64,000 nt of DNA, taken from NCBI RefSeq assembly GCF_057098645.1, contig NZ_CM169472.1, one strand, 5' to 3'. This document shows, one piece after another, positions 7,879 to 16,566 of this stretch. Under the pieces are notes generated by a model. That model did no database searches. It saw nothing but the letters and a program-made list of their open reading frames with translations, and was not told the DNA's origin. The position numbers and the translations under genes are program-made. Every line of letters begins with the position of its first letter. Position 1 is the first letter of the stretch.

Positions 7879-9090
7879 ATGTGGCCTTTCAGAAGAAAAA
7901 AAGAGCAGCGCAGCATGACGCTTGATGAGTTTATGGCGCTGGCTGGCACATCGAACACGGGGGCGGGTGAGTACGTATCATCGGGGACAGCGGAATCACT
8001 GCCCGCCGTCATGAACGCCGTCACGGTCATCTCTGAGGCGGTGGCTACCATGCCGTGTTACCTGTACCTGGTACGCAATGAGAAGGGGAAGGAGGCCCGA
8101 GAGTGGCTTGATTCTCATCCGGTCGATCACATCCTCAACGAGCGCCCGAACGCGTGGCAGACTCCCTACCAGTTTAAGCGAATGATGATCCGCCACTGCC
8201 TGTTAAACGGTAATGCTTATGCGGTGATTCAGTGGGGGCGTGATGGTTTTCCGGTGGCTTTACATCCTTACCCGCCGCAGTCGGTGAACGTGGAGCAGAC
8301 AGGCGAACACAACTGGCGCTACTGCATCACTGACGCCTACACCGGAAACACCCGCAACTATTTACCGTGGGAGGTTCTCCACCTTCGTTACTCCACGGAT
8401 GACGGTTTTATGGGGCGCTCACCTGTAACCATCTGCCGCGAATCGCTGGGGCTTGGGCTGGCCCAACAACGCCACGGCGCGAGCGTGATGCGTGATGGCA
8501 TGATGGCGGCAGGGGTTATCACGTCAGGCGAATGGCTGGACGGCGTGAAGGGCAAACAGGCATTAGCCGCACTGGAACGCTACAAAGGGGCCAGAAACGC
8601 CGGAAAAACGCCCATCCTTGAAGGGGGTATGAGCTATCAGCAGCTGGGCATGAGTAATCAGGATGCTGAATGGCTGGCCTCCCGTCGCTTCACCATTGAA
8701 GACATCGCCCGAATGTTCAACGTCTCGCCGATTTTTTTGCAGGAATACAGCAACAGCACCTACAGCAATTTCAGCGAGGCAAGCCGCGCATTTCTCACCA
8801 TGACGATGCGCCCGTGGCTGGCGAACTTTGAGCAGCAGATAAAAAACGCCCTGCTGGTGGCCTCGCCTGTACCTGGTATCCGGTATCAGGTGGAGTTTGA
8901 CAGCGCGGACCTGTTACGGGCCACACCTGGCGAACGCTTTGCCACCTATGAACGCGGCATCAAATCCGGCGTTATGTGCCCGAACGAAGCCCGCGAACGT
9001 GAAGGGCTGTCCCCGCGTGATGGTGGTGATGAGTTCAGCCAGGCATGGAAACAGGAAGTAAAAATCAGCGAGGGAGAAAAACCGGAATGA
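7879..9090 (+). CDS. Portal protein, HK97 family
   Basis: 403 aa; portal-like blocks (LLNGNAYAVIQW, PWLANFEQQ). Confidence 0.85.
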   Translation: MWPFRRKKEQRSMTLDEFMALAGTSNTGAGEYVSSGTAESLPAVMNAVTVISEAVATMPCYLYLVRNEKGKEAREWLDSHPVDHILNERPNAWQTPYQFKRMMIRHCLLNGNAYAVIQWGRDGFPVALHPYPPQSVNVEQTGEHNWRYCITDAYTGNTRNYLPWEVLHLRYSTDDGFMGRSPVTICRESLGLGLAQQRHGASVMRDGMMAAGVITSGEWLDGVKGKQALAALERYKGARNAGKTPILEGGMSYQQLGMSNQDAEWLASRRFTIEDIARMFNVSPIFLQEYSNSTYSNFSEASRAFLTMTMRPWLANFEQQIKNALLVASPVPGIRYQVEFDSADLLRATPGERFATYERGIKSGVMCPNEAREREGLSPRDGGDEFSQAWKQEVKISEGEKPE

Positions 9091-9425
9091 ACATAGGGCG
9101 ACTGCGTGACAGGGTAACGATTCAGACCCTGAAACAGACCAGGGATATAACCGGCGAAATACTCGAAACGTGGGAGGACGGTCACACACTCTGGGCAAGC
9201 GTGAACATGATCAGCAGCAAGGAGGCCATTTCATCGGGTGCAGAGCTGGCGATTGGTACCGTAAGGATCTGGATACGGTACCGGAAGGACATCAACGCCA
9301 CCAGCCGGATAAAGGTCAGTACGGGGCCGCTGGCGGGGCGTGTACTGAATATCATCGGGCAGCCGCTGCCGGATGCCGCCAGGACACGCCTTGAAATTCT
9401 TTGTCGTGAGGGCGCGGAAAAATGA
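9087..9425 (+). CDS. Head closure protein (head-tail adaptor)
   Basis: 112 aa; ATGA overlap with the portal stop; AGGGAG RBS; MNIGRLRDRVTIQ... pattern typical of head closure proteins. Confidence 0.7.
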   Translation: MNIGRLRDRVTIQTLKQTRDITGEILETWEDGHTLWASVNMISSKEAISSGAELAIGTVRIWIRYRKDINATSRIKVSTGPLAGRVLNIIGQPLPDAARTRLEILCREGAEK

Positions 9426-9718
9426 CAGAAGAACTTATCACCCTGGAAGAAGTGAAACTCCATTGCCGCATCGATGGCGACGAGGAAGACCAGTTAATCA
9501 GCGGATACATTGCCGCATCGCTTGAGGCGTGCCAGATACATATAGGCAGGCGCTTTGATGACGGGCTGGAGTTCACGCCAGCCATAAAGATTGGCTGCAT
9601 GATGTTTATCGCTCACCTGTACGAGAATCGCCAGCTGGTAGCGGATAACGCAAAAACGCGCGTACCCATGACGATTGGCGCGCTCTGGACGGCTTACCGT
9701 GATGTGGGGGTGTACTGA
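9422..9718 (+). CDS. Head-tail connector protein, gp6-like
   Basis: 98 aa; LITLEEVKLHCRIDGDEEDQLISGYIAA N-terminus typical of gp6-like connectors. Confidence 0.7.
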   Translation: MTEELITLEEVKLHCRIDGDEEDQLISGYIAASLEACQIHIGRRFDDGLEFTPAIKIGCMMFIAHLYENRQLVADNAKTRVPMTIGALWTAYRDVGVY

Positions 9719-10158
9719 TGCCGTGGCAACCATTAAGACGATGCACAGAACCAGGCTGTAACAGGCGCGTGAAGTCCGGCAAGTGTGAGGAGCACAGGCG
9801 GGCGGCATGGCGTGCAGAGGATGCCAGACGAGGACACCGCCGCGCGCGTGGGTACTCCAGACAGTGGGACAAATACCGCGCCATGTATCTGAGTAAAAAC
9901 CCGTTATGCGTGCGATGCCTTGAGAAGGGGATATATACGCCCGCCGTGGTGGTGGATCACATTATCCCGATTAATGGCGGTGATGATGTTCTCTTCTGGC
10001 CCGAATGGAACCATCAACCATTGTGCCAGGCGTGTCATAACCAGAAAACGAAATGGCTTGATCCGGCAACAAAAAGCAAGCGTGCCGCAGGTGGATTTCA
10101 TGAAGAGGAAGAACGGGCCGCTAACCGCAATAACTGGATGTATGACGCTGATGAATGA
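9718..10158 (+). CDS. HNH endonuclease, phage packaging-associated
   Basis: 146 aa; Cys-rich zinc-ribbon segments and HNH core (VDHIIPINGGDD...NHQPLCQACHNQKT); sits immediately upstream of the terminase genes. Confidence 0.8.
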   Translation: MPWQPLRRCTEPGCNRRVKSGKCEEHRRAAWRAEDARRGHRRARGYSRQWDKYRAMYLSKNPLCVRCLEKGIYTPAVVVDHIIPINGGDDVLFWPEWNHQPLCQACHNQKTKWLDPATKSKRAAGGFHEEEERAANRNNWMYDADE

Positions 10159-10324
10159 GCGGGAACAAAACCGCCTTATCCGTGGACTTATAAGGCAGCG
10201 TGACGCATGGAAGACACAGGAAACAGGGCATAAAGATAAAGCGTCAGGACGCGCAGAACGCATCACAGCGAAGCGATTAACCGACCGTGACCGCGAGGTT
10301 ATGGAATGTTTCCGCAATCGCTGA
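10151..10324 (+). CDS. Possible small basic protein
   Basis: 57-aa Arg/Lys-rich ORF whose ATG overlaps the HNH stop (ATGAATGA); no family recognised. Confidence 0.25.
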   Translation: MNEREQNRLIRGLIRQRDAWKTQETGHKDKASGRAERITAKRLTDRDREVMECFRNR

Positions 10325-10446
10325 TGAGGCTGTATGACGGGGTGGGGGGCGTTTTCAGGACAAACCCGACCCCGCCGGGCACCGAACGCCTCCTCAAATT
10401 TTTATGCACGGGAATTTTTTGAAAAATAATCTGACGAAAAATAAGC
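10325..10446. other. Candidate cos/packaging-initiation region
   Basis: GC-rich segment (GACGGGGTGGGGGGCG...CCCGACCCCGCCGGGC) followed by an AT-rich segment, placed between HNH and terS as in HK97-like cos phages. Inference only. Confidence 0.3.
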
Positions 10447-10803
10447 ATGGCAAGACCACCGAAAGCCCCCGCCTACCTGGATGATATCGCCGTGAAGCAG
10501 TGGCGGGAAAAATCGCGGCAGCTTGCGGAACGGGGAGACCTGACCCCCGCCGACTGGAGCAATCTGGAACTGTATTGCGTCAACTACTCCATTTACCGGA
10601 AAGCCGTTGCAGACCTTGCGGCGCGCGGGTTCAGCATTGTTAACAGTCAGGGCGGCGAGAGCAGAAACCCCGCATTAAGCGCAAAATCCGACGCTGAAAG
10701 AGTGATGATAAAAATGGCCTCCTTGCTCGGTTTTGACCCGATAAGCCGCCGTAAAAATCCACCGGAAACAGAAGAAGAGGACGAGCTTGACCGCCTGGAA
10801 TAA
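10447..10803 (+). CDS. terS: Terminase small subunit, P27 family
   Basis: 118 aa; MARPPKAP... N-terminus, LTPADWSNLELYCVNYSIYRKA and LLGFDPISRRK blocks typical of P27-family TerS. Confidence 0.75.
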   Translation: MARPPKAPAYLDDIAVKQWREKSRQLAERGDLTPADWSNLELYCVNYSIYRKAVADLAARGFSIVNSQGGESRNPALSAKSDAERVMIKMASLLGFDPISRRKNPPETEEEDELDRLE

Positions 10804-12448
10804 GTACGCAGAAGACGTAAAAACGGGCAAAATTCCGGCCTGTAAACGGTTAAAACAGGCTGTTAAACGGTACTTTTCGGACCTTAAAAGCCCCCTTTAC
10901 ACGTTCGATCGTGAGGTTGTGGAGCGGTTTATTGCCTTTTCCAGGGTGTGCCCGCACGTAAAAGGACCGATGCGTGGCAGACCCATTGAGCTGGAGCCGT
11001 GGCAGCAGTTCGCCTTTGCGTGCATCCTCGGCTTTAAGGTTAAGGCCACCGGACGGCGCAAATACACGAGCGCCTTTATCGAAGTGCCGCGCAAAAATGC
11101 GAAATCCACGACCGCCGCGATTCTGGCTAACTGGTTTCTGATTATGGAGAACGGTCAGCAGGATATCTACACCGCAGCGGTGAGCCGTGACCAGGCGCGG
11201 ATCGTGTTTGATGATGCGCGTCAGATGTGCCTTTTATCCCGACCGTTACGCAGGCGGGTGAATATTCAGGCGCATAAGGTGATACACCCGAAAAGCAACA
11301 GCCTGTTAAAGCCGCTGGCAGCAAAAGCGGCAACCATCGAGGGGACAAACCCCAGTCTTTCCATCGTGGACGAATACCACCTACACCCCGATAACGGCGT
11401 TTATTCCGCGCTTGAGCTGGGGATGGGCGCACGTCCCGAAGGGCTGTTATTTGCCATTACCACATCGGGCAGTAACGTCGTTTCAGCCTGTAAACAGCAC
11501 TATGATTATTGCTGCCAGATCCTGGACGGCGAAGAGGTCAACGATTCAATTTTTGTACTGATTTACGAACTGGACGACGAAAACGAGGTTGATGATCCGG
11601 CGATGTGGATAAAGGCGAACCCTAATATTGATGTTTCCGTGGATCGTGAAAAACTGGCCTCAACCATCCAGAAAGCGCGGGGTATTCCGTCGCAGTGGGT
11701 GGAGATGATGACAAAGCGATTTAATATCTGGTGTCAGGGGACTACCCCGTGGATGGGTAATGGTGCATGGGCTGAGTGTGCCGGAACGTTCACGGAGGAA
11801 GATTTACACGGTCAGGAGTGTTACGCGGGGCTGGACTTATCATCAACCAGCGATATTTCCAGCGTATGCTATGCCTTTCCGGTCGGTAAAACCATTATGC
11901 TGGTTTCCCGTCATTATCTGCCGGAGTTCCAGCTACAGAACCCCGCCAATAAAAACCGCGCTGTCTATCGTCAGTGGGCTAAAGCAGGCTGGATACGCAC
12001 AACGCCTGGCGACTGCATTGATTACGACCGGATCAGAGATGACATCATGCAGGACGCGGAGAAATTTAATATCAGGCTGGTGGGCTTTGATACGTGGAAC
12101 GCCACGCATCTCAGAACGCAATTACAGGGGGCAGGTTTTGAGGTGGAGCCGTTCCCGCAAACCTACCTCAGATTCAGTCCGGCGGCGAAATCGTTCGAAG
12201 TTTTTGTTAACCGCAGGGTGATTGTGCATCGTGGCGATCCGGTGTTGTCCTGGTCGATGAGTAACGTCGTGATGCAGAGTGACGCGAACGCCAATATCAA
12301 GCCGAACAAGAAAAAATCACCGAACAAGATAGACCCGAGCGTGGCGGCGCTGATGGCGTTTGGTACATTCCAGGCAGAGCATGAGGATTTTGCTTTTGAT
12401 ATAAGCGACAGCCACCGCCAGAAACTGGAAGAATTTAGCGGGGTGTAA
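10787..12448 (+). CDS. terL: Terminase large subunit
   Basis: 553 aa; Walker A-like VPRKNAKSTT; ATPase and nuclease halves; TTG start overlapping the terS end. Confidence 0.85.
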   Translation: MTAWNKYAEDVKTGKIPACKRLKQAVKRYFSDLKSPLYTFDREVVERFIAFSRVCPHVKGPMRGRPIELEPWQQFAFACILGFKVKATGRRKYTSAFIEVPRKNAKSTTAAILANWFLIMENGQQDIYTAAVSRDQARIVFDDARQMCLLSRPLRRRVNIQAHKVIHPKSNSLLKPLAAKAATIEGTNPSLSIVDEYHLHPDNGVYSALELGMGARPEGLLFAITTSGSNVVSACKQHYDYCCQILDGEEVNDSIFVLIYELDDENEVDDPAMWIKANPNIDVSVDREKLASTIQKARGIPSQWVEMMTKRFNIWCQGTTPWMGNGAWAECAGTFTEEDLHGQECYAGLDLSSTSDISSVCYAFPVGKTIMLVSRHYLPEFQLQNPANKNRAVYRQWAKAGWIRTTPGDCIDYDRIRDDIMQDAEKFNIRLVGFDTWNATHLRTQLQGAGFEVEPFPQTYLRFSPAAKSFEVFVNRRVIVHRGDPVLSWSMSNVVMQSDANANIKPNKKKSPNKIDPSVAALMAFGTFQAEHEDFAFDISDSHRQKLEEFSGV

Positions 12449-12461
12449 TGAGGTCAGCAGC

Positions 12462-12653
12462 ATGACAGAAGCCGAAATAACGGGATTAATCCGCCGCGTT
12501 GCCGGAATCAGCCAGCAGGCTGACGAACAGGCCACGCAGCCGGACAGCGTGACAGCCGAAAACTATGCGCGTGTTGTTGCTGAGGTGATGCGCCGTGATG
12601 GTATAGAACTTAATGGCGTGGATATGCGCAACATACGAACCAGAGTTCTTTAG
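12462..12653 (+). CDS. Hypothetical protein
   Basis: 63-aa ORF with GAGGT RBS directly after terL. Confidence 0.35.
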   Translation: MTEAEITGLIRRVAGISQQADEQATQPDSVTAENYARVVAEVMRRDGIELNGVDMRNIRTRVL

Positions 12654-12849
12654 TTGCTGGCCTACCGTCGCCGCGTGGAGATGTATCGGGAGAAGGAGAA
12701 AATAACGTACCACTGGAAGAAGCCGGAGCGGTTGCGGCGGTAACTGGTTGATATTCCCGACGGCCCAAAAATGGGTTGGCTACACCCCTCACAACTACGA
12801 CATTTTCGCAGTTTAATTAATGGTCAGCTTAATCGCTAACCCGCTGATA

Positions 12850-13145
12850 TTTTAGGAAACCTCAATTTGAGGAAGTCGGCGCGGTAACTTGCTGAACTTT
12901 AAGCAAAGCGCAAAATTGCGCTTGCTGAATAATCATTATGATTACGCAGATGATTAAGGAATGACCGAAGGCGGAAATTCGCCTGTGGTTAATGGGGGAG
13001 TTGCAGATCTGCAACTCGACCATGAAACTACGGAAACTACCCGTAGTTTGGGTAGTAAGAGTAACACCCAGATTTTGGGGCTTACTCGTGATACCCAAAT
13101 TTGGGGTATCGGTGGCAACCATAACGACTTTCGTTACGGTTGATG
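12850..13145. other. Cluster of palindromes and stem-loops in the noncoding island tail
   Basis: CCTCAA-t-TTGAGG; GCAAAGCGCAA-aa-TTGCGCTTGC; perfect 20-bp palindrome GAGTTGCAGATCTGCAACTC (12997-13016); AAACTACGG-aaactac-CCGTAGTTT; GATACCCAAATTTGGGGTATC; AACCATAACG-acttt-CGTTACGGTT. Confidence 0.4.
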
Positions 13146-13330
13146 CTTTTACCCCATTGGGGGAAAGGTATTACGATAATCATAACACCTACCGAACAGG
13201 TAAAGCCCACCAGCCTGATTAACGTTTAACCGGAAAAAAATTCCGGTAGGTGGGGATCCCCATATAGACATTAACGCCCCTCATGAATTGGTGTGCTTCC
13301 CCCTGGAAAGATGATCCGCCTGTATATTTC

Positions 13331-13360
13331 TTGTGTCTATTTGTTCCACGTTGTTTCATA
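13331..13360 (+). promoter_or_regulatory. Third copy of the phased TTGTT repeat motif, near the island right end
   Basis: TTGTgtctat / TTGTTccacg / TTGTTtcata at 10-bp phasing. Confidence 0.4.
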
Positions 13361-13441
13361 CAGTGCACCGAACGGTGTAGTCACTGGTGTAGTCATTTTG
13401 CGATTTTTGGCACTTTTTGTGGTGTTAATTATTTAATTAAA

Positions 13442-13606
13442 TCAATGTGTTATGCGAAATAAGTTATATATAACAGCAATAAATAATGCGAGAATAAACG
13501 GCACGATGATCTCGGCGGCAAAACGGATACCGCAGAGAATAATGACCAGCATTCCCAACATAATGACGATTTTTAGGCCATTGAGCGTGATGATCGGCTT
13601 TGCCAT
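13442..13606 (-). pseudogene. tqsA: 5' fragment of tqsA (AI-2 exporter) truncated at the island junction
   Basis: Minus-strand translation from ATG 13606 gives [45 protein letters not shown], which matches the TqsA N-terminus as recalled, then diverges (IYNLFRITH) and stops. Divergent from mdtJ as in K-12. Confidence 0.55.
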
Positions 13607-14017
13607 GCTTGTCCCCGTTTTTTCTTCCTTTGCTAATAATAATGTCTTTTTCGCTCCGTCATCATAACGAAAATCAAACCGCTCAGGTAAAGAAGTGAAA
13701 ATATTTTGAGTTAATTCTTAAGCTATGATACAAATCAGGCGTGTTCAACTACCGAGGACAATTATCATCCGCGATGACGAGAAGCAACACTGCGGATAAT
13801 TGTAATATTATGGACAATTTGTTCAGGACGTTATTTTCTACATTTACCCATCTTCGTACCTCATCCACTATCTTGCTCGTAGGTGAGCAGCACTGGCGCA
13901 ACGCGCTTTAGTCCTTTCTTCTGCCAAAGCTTGCGCTAAGCGCGGGGCTTGACCACTTTACTTTGGTTTCGCTGAATTAAGCGAAAATTAAAATAATTCT
14001 CTTGCAGGAGAAGGACA

Positions 14018-14383
14018 ATGTATATTTATTGGATTTTATTAGGTCTGGCTATTGCTACAGAAATTACCGGTACGCTGTCCATGAAATGGGCGAGCGTCAG
14101 TGAGGGAAATGGCGGTTTTATTTTAATGCTGGTGATGATTTCTCTGTCGTATATATTTCTCTCTTTCGCCGTTAAAAAAATCGCCTTAGGCGTAGCTTAT
14201 GCGCTGTGGGAAGGTATCGGTATTTTATTTATTACCTTGTTTAGCGTTTTGTTATTCGACGAAAGTTTATCGCTGATGAAAATTGCCGGGTTAACCACCC
14301 TGGTCGCCGGGATTGTGTTGATAAAATCAGGTACCCGTAAAGCGCGTAAACCTGAACTGGAGGTGAACCATGGCACAGTTTGA
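14018..14383 (+). CDS. mdtJ: Spermidine export protein MdtJ (SMR family)
   Basis: 121-aa four-helix SMR protein; overlaps the downstream mdtI start. Confidence 0.9.
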
Positions 14384-14699
14384 ATGGGTTCACGCCGCCT
14401 GGCTGGCATTGGCAATCGTGCTGGAAATCGTTGCTAACGTCTTTTTGAAATTTTCTGACGGCTTTCGTCGCAAAATATTTGGCTTGCTCTCCCTGGCGGC
14501 GGTGCTGGCTGCCTTTAGTGCGCTTTCTCAGGCCGTTAAAGGGATCGACTTGTCTGTCGCTTATGCATTGTGGGGCGGGTTTGGTATTGCCGCCACGTTA
14601 GCCGCAGGTTGGATCTTGTTTGGTCAACGGTTAAATCGTAAAGGCTGGATTGGCCTGGTCTTGCTGTTGGCTGGAATGATCATGGTGAAACTTGCCTGA
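14370..14699 (+). CDS. mdtI: Spermidine export protein MdtI (SMR family)
   Basis: 109-aa SMR protein paired with mdtJ. Confidence 0.9.
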
Positions 14700-14704
14700 T
14701 GAAG

Positions 14705-14730
14705 ACGCTGCCCGCGCTGTCGGGCAGCGT
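14705..14730. terminator. Hairpin between the convergent mdtI and ydgD genes
   Basis: ACGCTGCCCG-cgctgt-CGGGCAGCGT, with a T-run on the plus-strand side. Confidence 0.45.
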
Positions 14731-14737
14731 TTGAACA

Positions 14738-15559
14738 TTATTTTTGCGACAGTTGATCCAGCTTGTCGCGAAAACCGGTAACAGAAATGGCCCGGTTATC
14801 GGCGCGCCAGCGATCTTTCGCGGCAGGAGCCGAACTTTGCACCCCAATTAATTGCCAGCCGTCATCGGTATGCAACATCAGAGGCGAACCGCTGTCACCC
14901 GGCAAGGTATCGCACTGATGTGACATCACCGACGTTTGCGCCCAGCCAGTCACTTCACAGTTTTGATGACTGTACAACGTATCGAGATGATCTTCAGGGT
15001 ATCCTGCCTGAGTCACTTTACGACCTGCCGCTTTTAATGCGGCGGTAAGCGCGGCTTTATCTCCCTCAAATAACGGCAACGGTGTAATGCCAGAAGGGGG
15101 ATTACGTAGCACAATCAATCCGAAGTCCCACGGCGCGGCTGCGGGAGGTATAATCCAACCATCCCCATCTGCTTTTAACCTCTTTCCCAGTGTCGGATCA
15201 ACGCGGCCTTCTATGTCGTGGATGTCATAGCGCCAAAGACCTTTATTTGACACAAAACGCAGCGCCACTGCTTTATCGGCTTTACCCTTTGGAGGTGTCA
15301 ATAAACAGTGTCCTGCCGTTAATGCCAGATTGGGTGCAATCAGCGTCGCCGTACATAAATTGCCGCTGGCCGTTTCCAGTTGCCCAACCGCATCCCACGG
15401 TGATTGGGTCGTGTCATTCACTGGCACACGATCATCATGACCAAAAAACAGGGTGCTAACCTCATCGTTTGCCGATTTGGCAACGTCTGGTTTATCTGCA
15501 AACACAAAAGCAGACGTCAAACTAATTGCACCCAACACTACAGCAATGGTTGTACGCAT
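14738..15559 (-). CDS. ydgD: Secreted trypsin-like serine protease YdgD
   Basis: 273 aa; signal peptide; catalytic TAGHC and GDSGSPL motifs. Confidence 0.85.
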   Translation of the reverse strand: MRTTIAVVLGAISLTSAFVFADKPDVAKSANDEVSTLFFGHDDRVPVNDTTQSPWDAVGQLETASGNLCTATLIAPNLALTAGHCLLTPPKGKADKAVALRFVSNKGLWRYDIHDIEGRVDPTLGKRLKADGDGWIIPPAAAPWDFGLIVLRNPPSGITPLPLFEGDKAALTAALKAAGRKVTQAGYPEDHLDTLYSHQNCEVTGWAQTSVMSHQCDTLPGDSGSPLMLHTDDGWQLIGVQSSAPAAKDRWRADNRAISVTGFRDKLDQLSQK

Positions 15560-15658
15560 ATCACACTCTGGTGGGTAATTATGATTATTAAAAGCAAACC
15601 CTCATAAATACTATAGACGGGACGGGATGAAAGTGGGAGTAAAATCAGATAACTACAG

Positions 15659-15742
15659 TCAGGAAAGATAAAAACGGGCGGCAATCAGTGCGCATAAAAT
15701 AAGGATGATAAGAATGAACTCAAAGCGATAACGGCCCACCAT
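15659..15742 (-). CDS. ydgU: Small membrane protein YdgU (27 aa)
   Basis: MVGRYRFEFILIILILCALIAARFYLS with GGAGGG RBS; length and position between ydgD and asr match ydgU as recalled. Confidence 0.45.
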   Translation of the reverse strand: MVGRYRFEFILIILILCALIAARFYLS

Positions 15743-15834
15743 ACTACCCTCCGCTAAAGGCGGTGCTAAACGTTACCCGCTTAGCACCGTAATTTTCAGG
15801 CGCGAGGGGGCGCGCCAGCATTACTGTTGAAAAC

Positions 15835-16143
15835 TTATGCTGCGGGTTGTGCAGCAGGTTTTGCCGGTTGCTGATGGCTGTGTTTCCCGGCGTGTTTCTT
15901 CGCTGCCTGCGCTTTTTGTTCAGGGGCTTTCTGTTCAGCTTTCGTATTTTTATGATGCTTTTTAGCCGCCTGCGCTTTCTGGGCAGGTGCTGCTTTATGC
16001 TGTTTTTTATGATGTGTAGTTTTCGCCGGCGCTGCTTTGGTGGTCGTCGCAGTCGGAGCAGGTGTGGTCGCAGTCTCTGCAGCAAAGGCGGCAGAAGACA
16101 GACCCATAGCAGCGGCAACAACCAGAGCTAATACTTTTTTCAT
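15835..16143 (-). CDS. asr: Acid shock protein Asr
   Basis: 102 aa from [21 protein letters not shown]; Lys/Ala/His-rich low-complexity repeats. Confidence 0.85.
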   Translation of the reverse strand: MKKVLALVVAAAMGLSSAAFAAETATTPAPTATTTKAAPAKTTHHKKQHKAAPAQKAQAAKKHHKNTKAEQKAPEQKAQAAKKHAGKHSHQQPAKPAAQPAA

Positions 16144-16566
16144 TGTCATACCCTCAATTTGTTTTTTCATTTAACCCCACTGCGGGGCCGTTGAAATAAC
16201 TATATCCCTGGGAATGGCAGACTTCCGTGAGTGGTTGGTTTCAGCGTGTAACGATATGTACAAACGCTGAATAAATTACAGCGTTGATAATAACGTATTG
16301 TGACTTAAGGAAAATTTAGCTACCAATAATAGTAGTCTTGATCGGGTTAACTATTTTACTACTTACAAAGCGGTAGAATAACTGCGCATCAGTAATAAAT
16401 GACACACAGCAAAATGAATCCGTTTATTTGGGTACTTATAATCCTGATGACGCTAGACGCGCTGCGGGAATTGGCTGGCGCTTCGTCTATTTTAGGATGG
16501 CTATTAACGTTGGTTTGAGCAGGCAATAAGTCCGGACGGGTATTTACCGCAGTCCGGACTTATTTT

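Noticed and set aside
9920..10324. 134-aa ORF overlapping the HNH gene
   Set aside because: Most of it lies in an alternative frame of HNH. Only the distal 57 codons from ATG 10151 are plausible and are reported separately at low confidence.
11760..12221. 153-aa alternative-frame ORF inside terL
   Set aside because: Embedded within the terminase large subunit; Arg/Ser-rich with no start context.
13452..13667. Plus-strand 71-aa ORF at the island-chromosome junction
   Set aside because: It is the antisense of the tqsA 5' fragment and promoter region; the minus-strand reading is the real coding frame.
15835..16143. Low-complexity Lys/Ala/His repeats in asr and its long antisense ORFs
   Set aside because: A known property of the acid shock protein. 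Antisense ORFs 15744..16121 and 15847..16131 are artefacts of the repeat.
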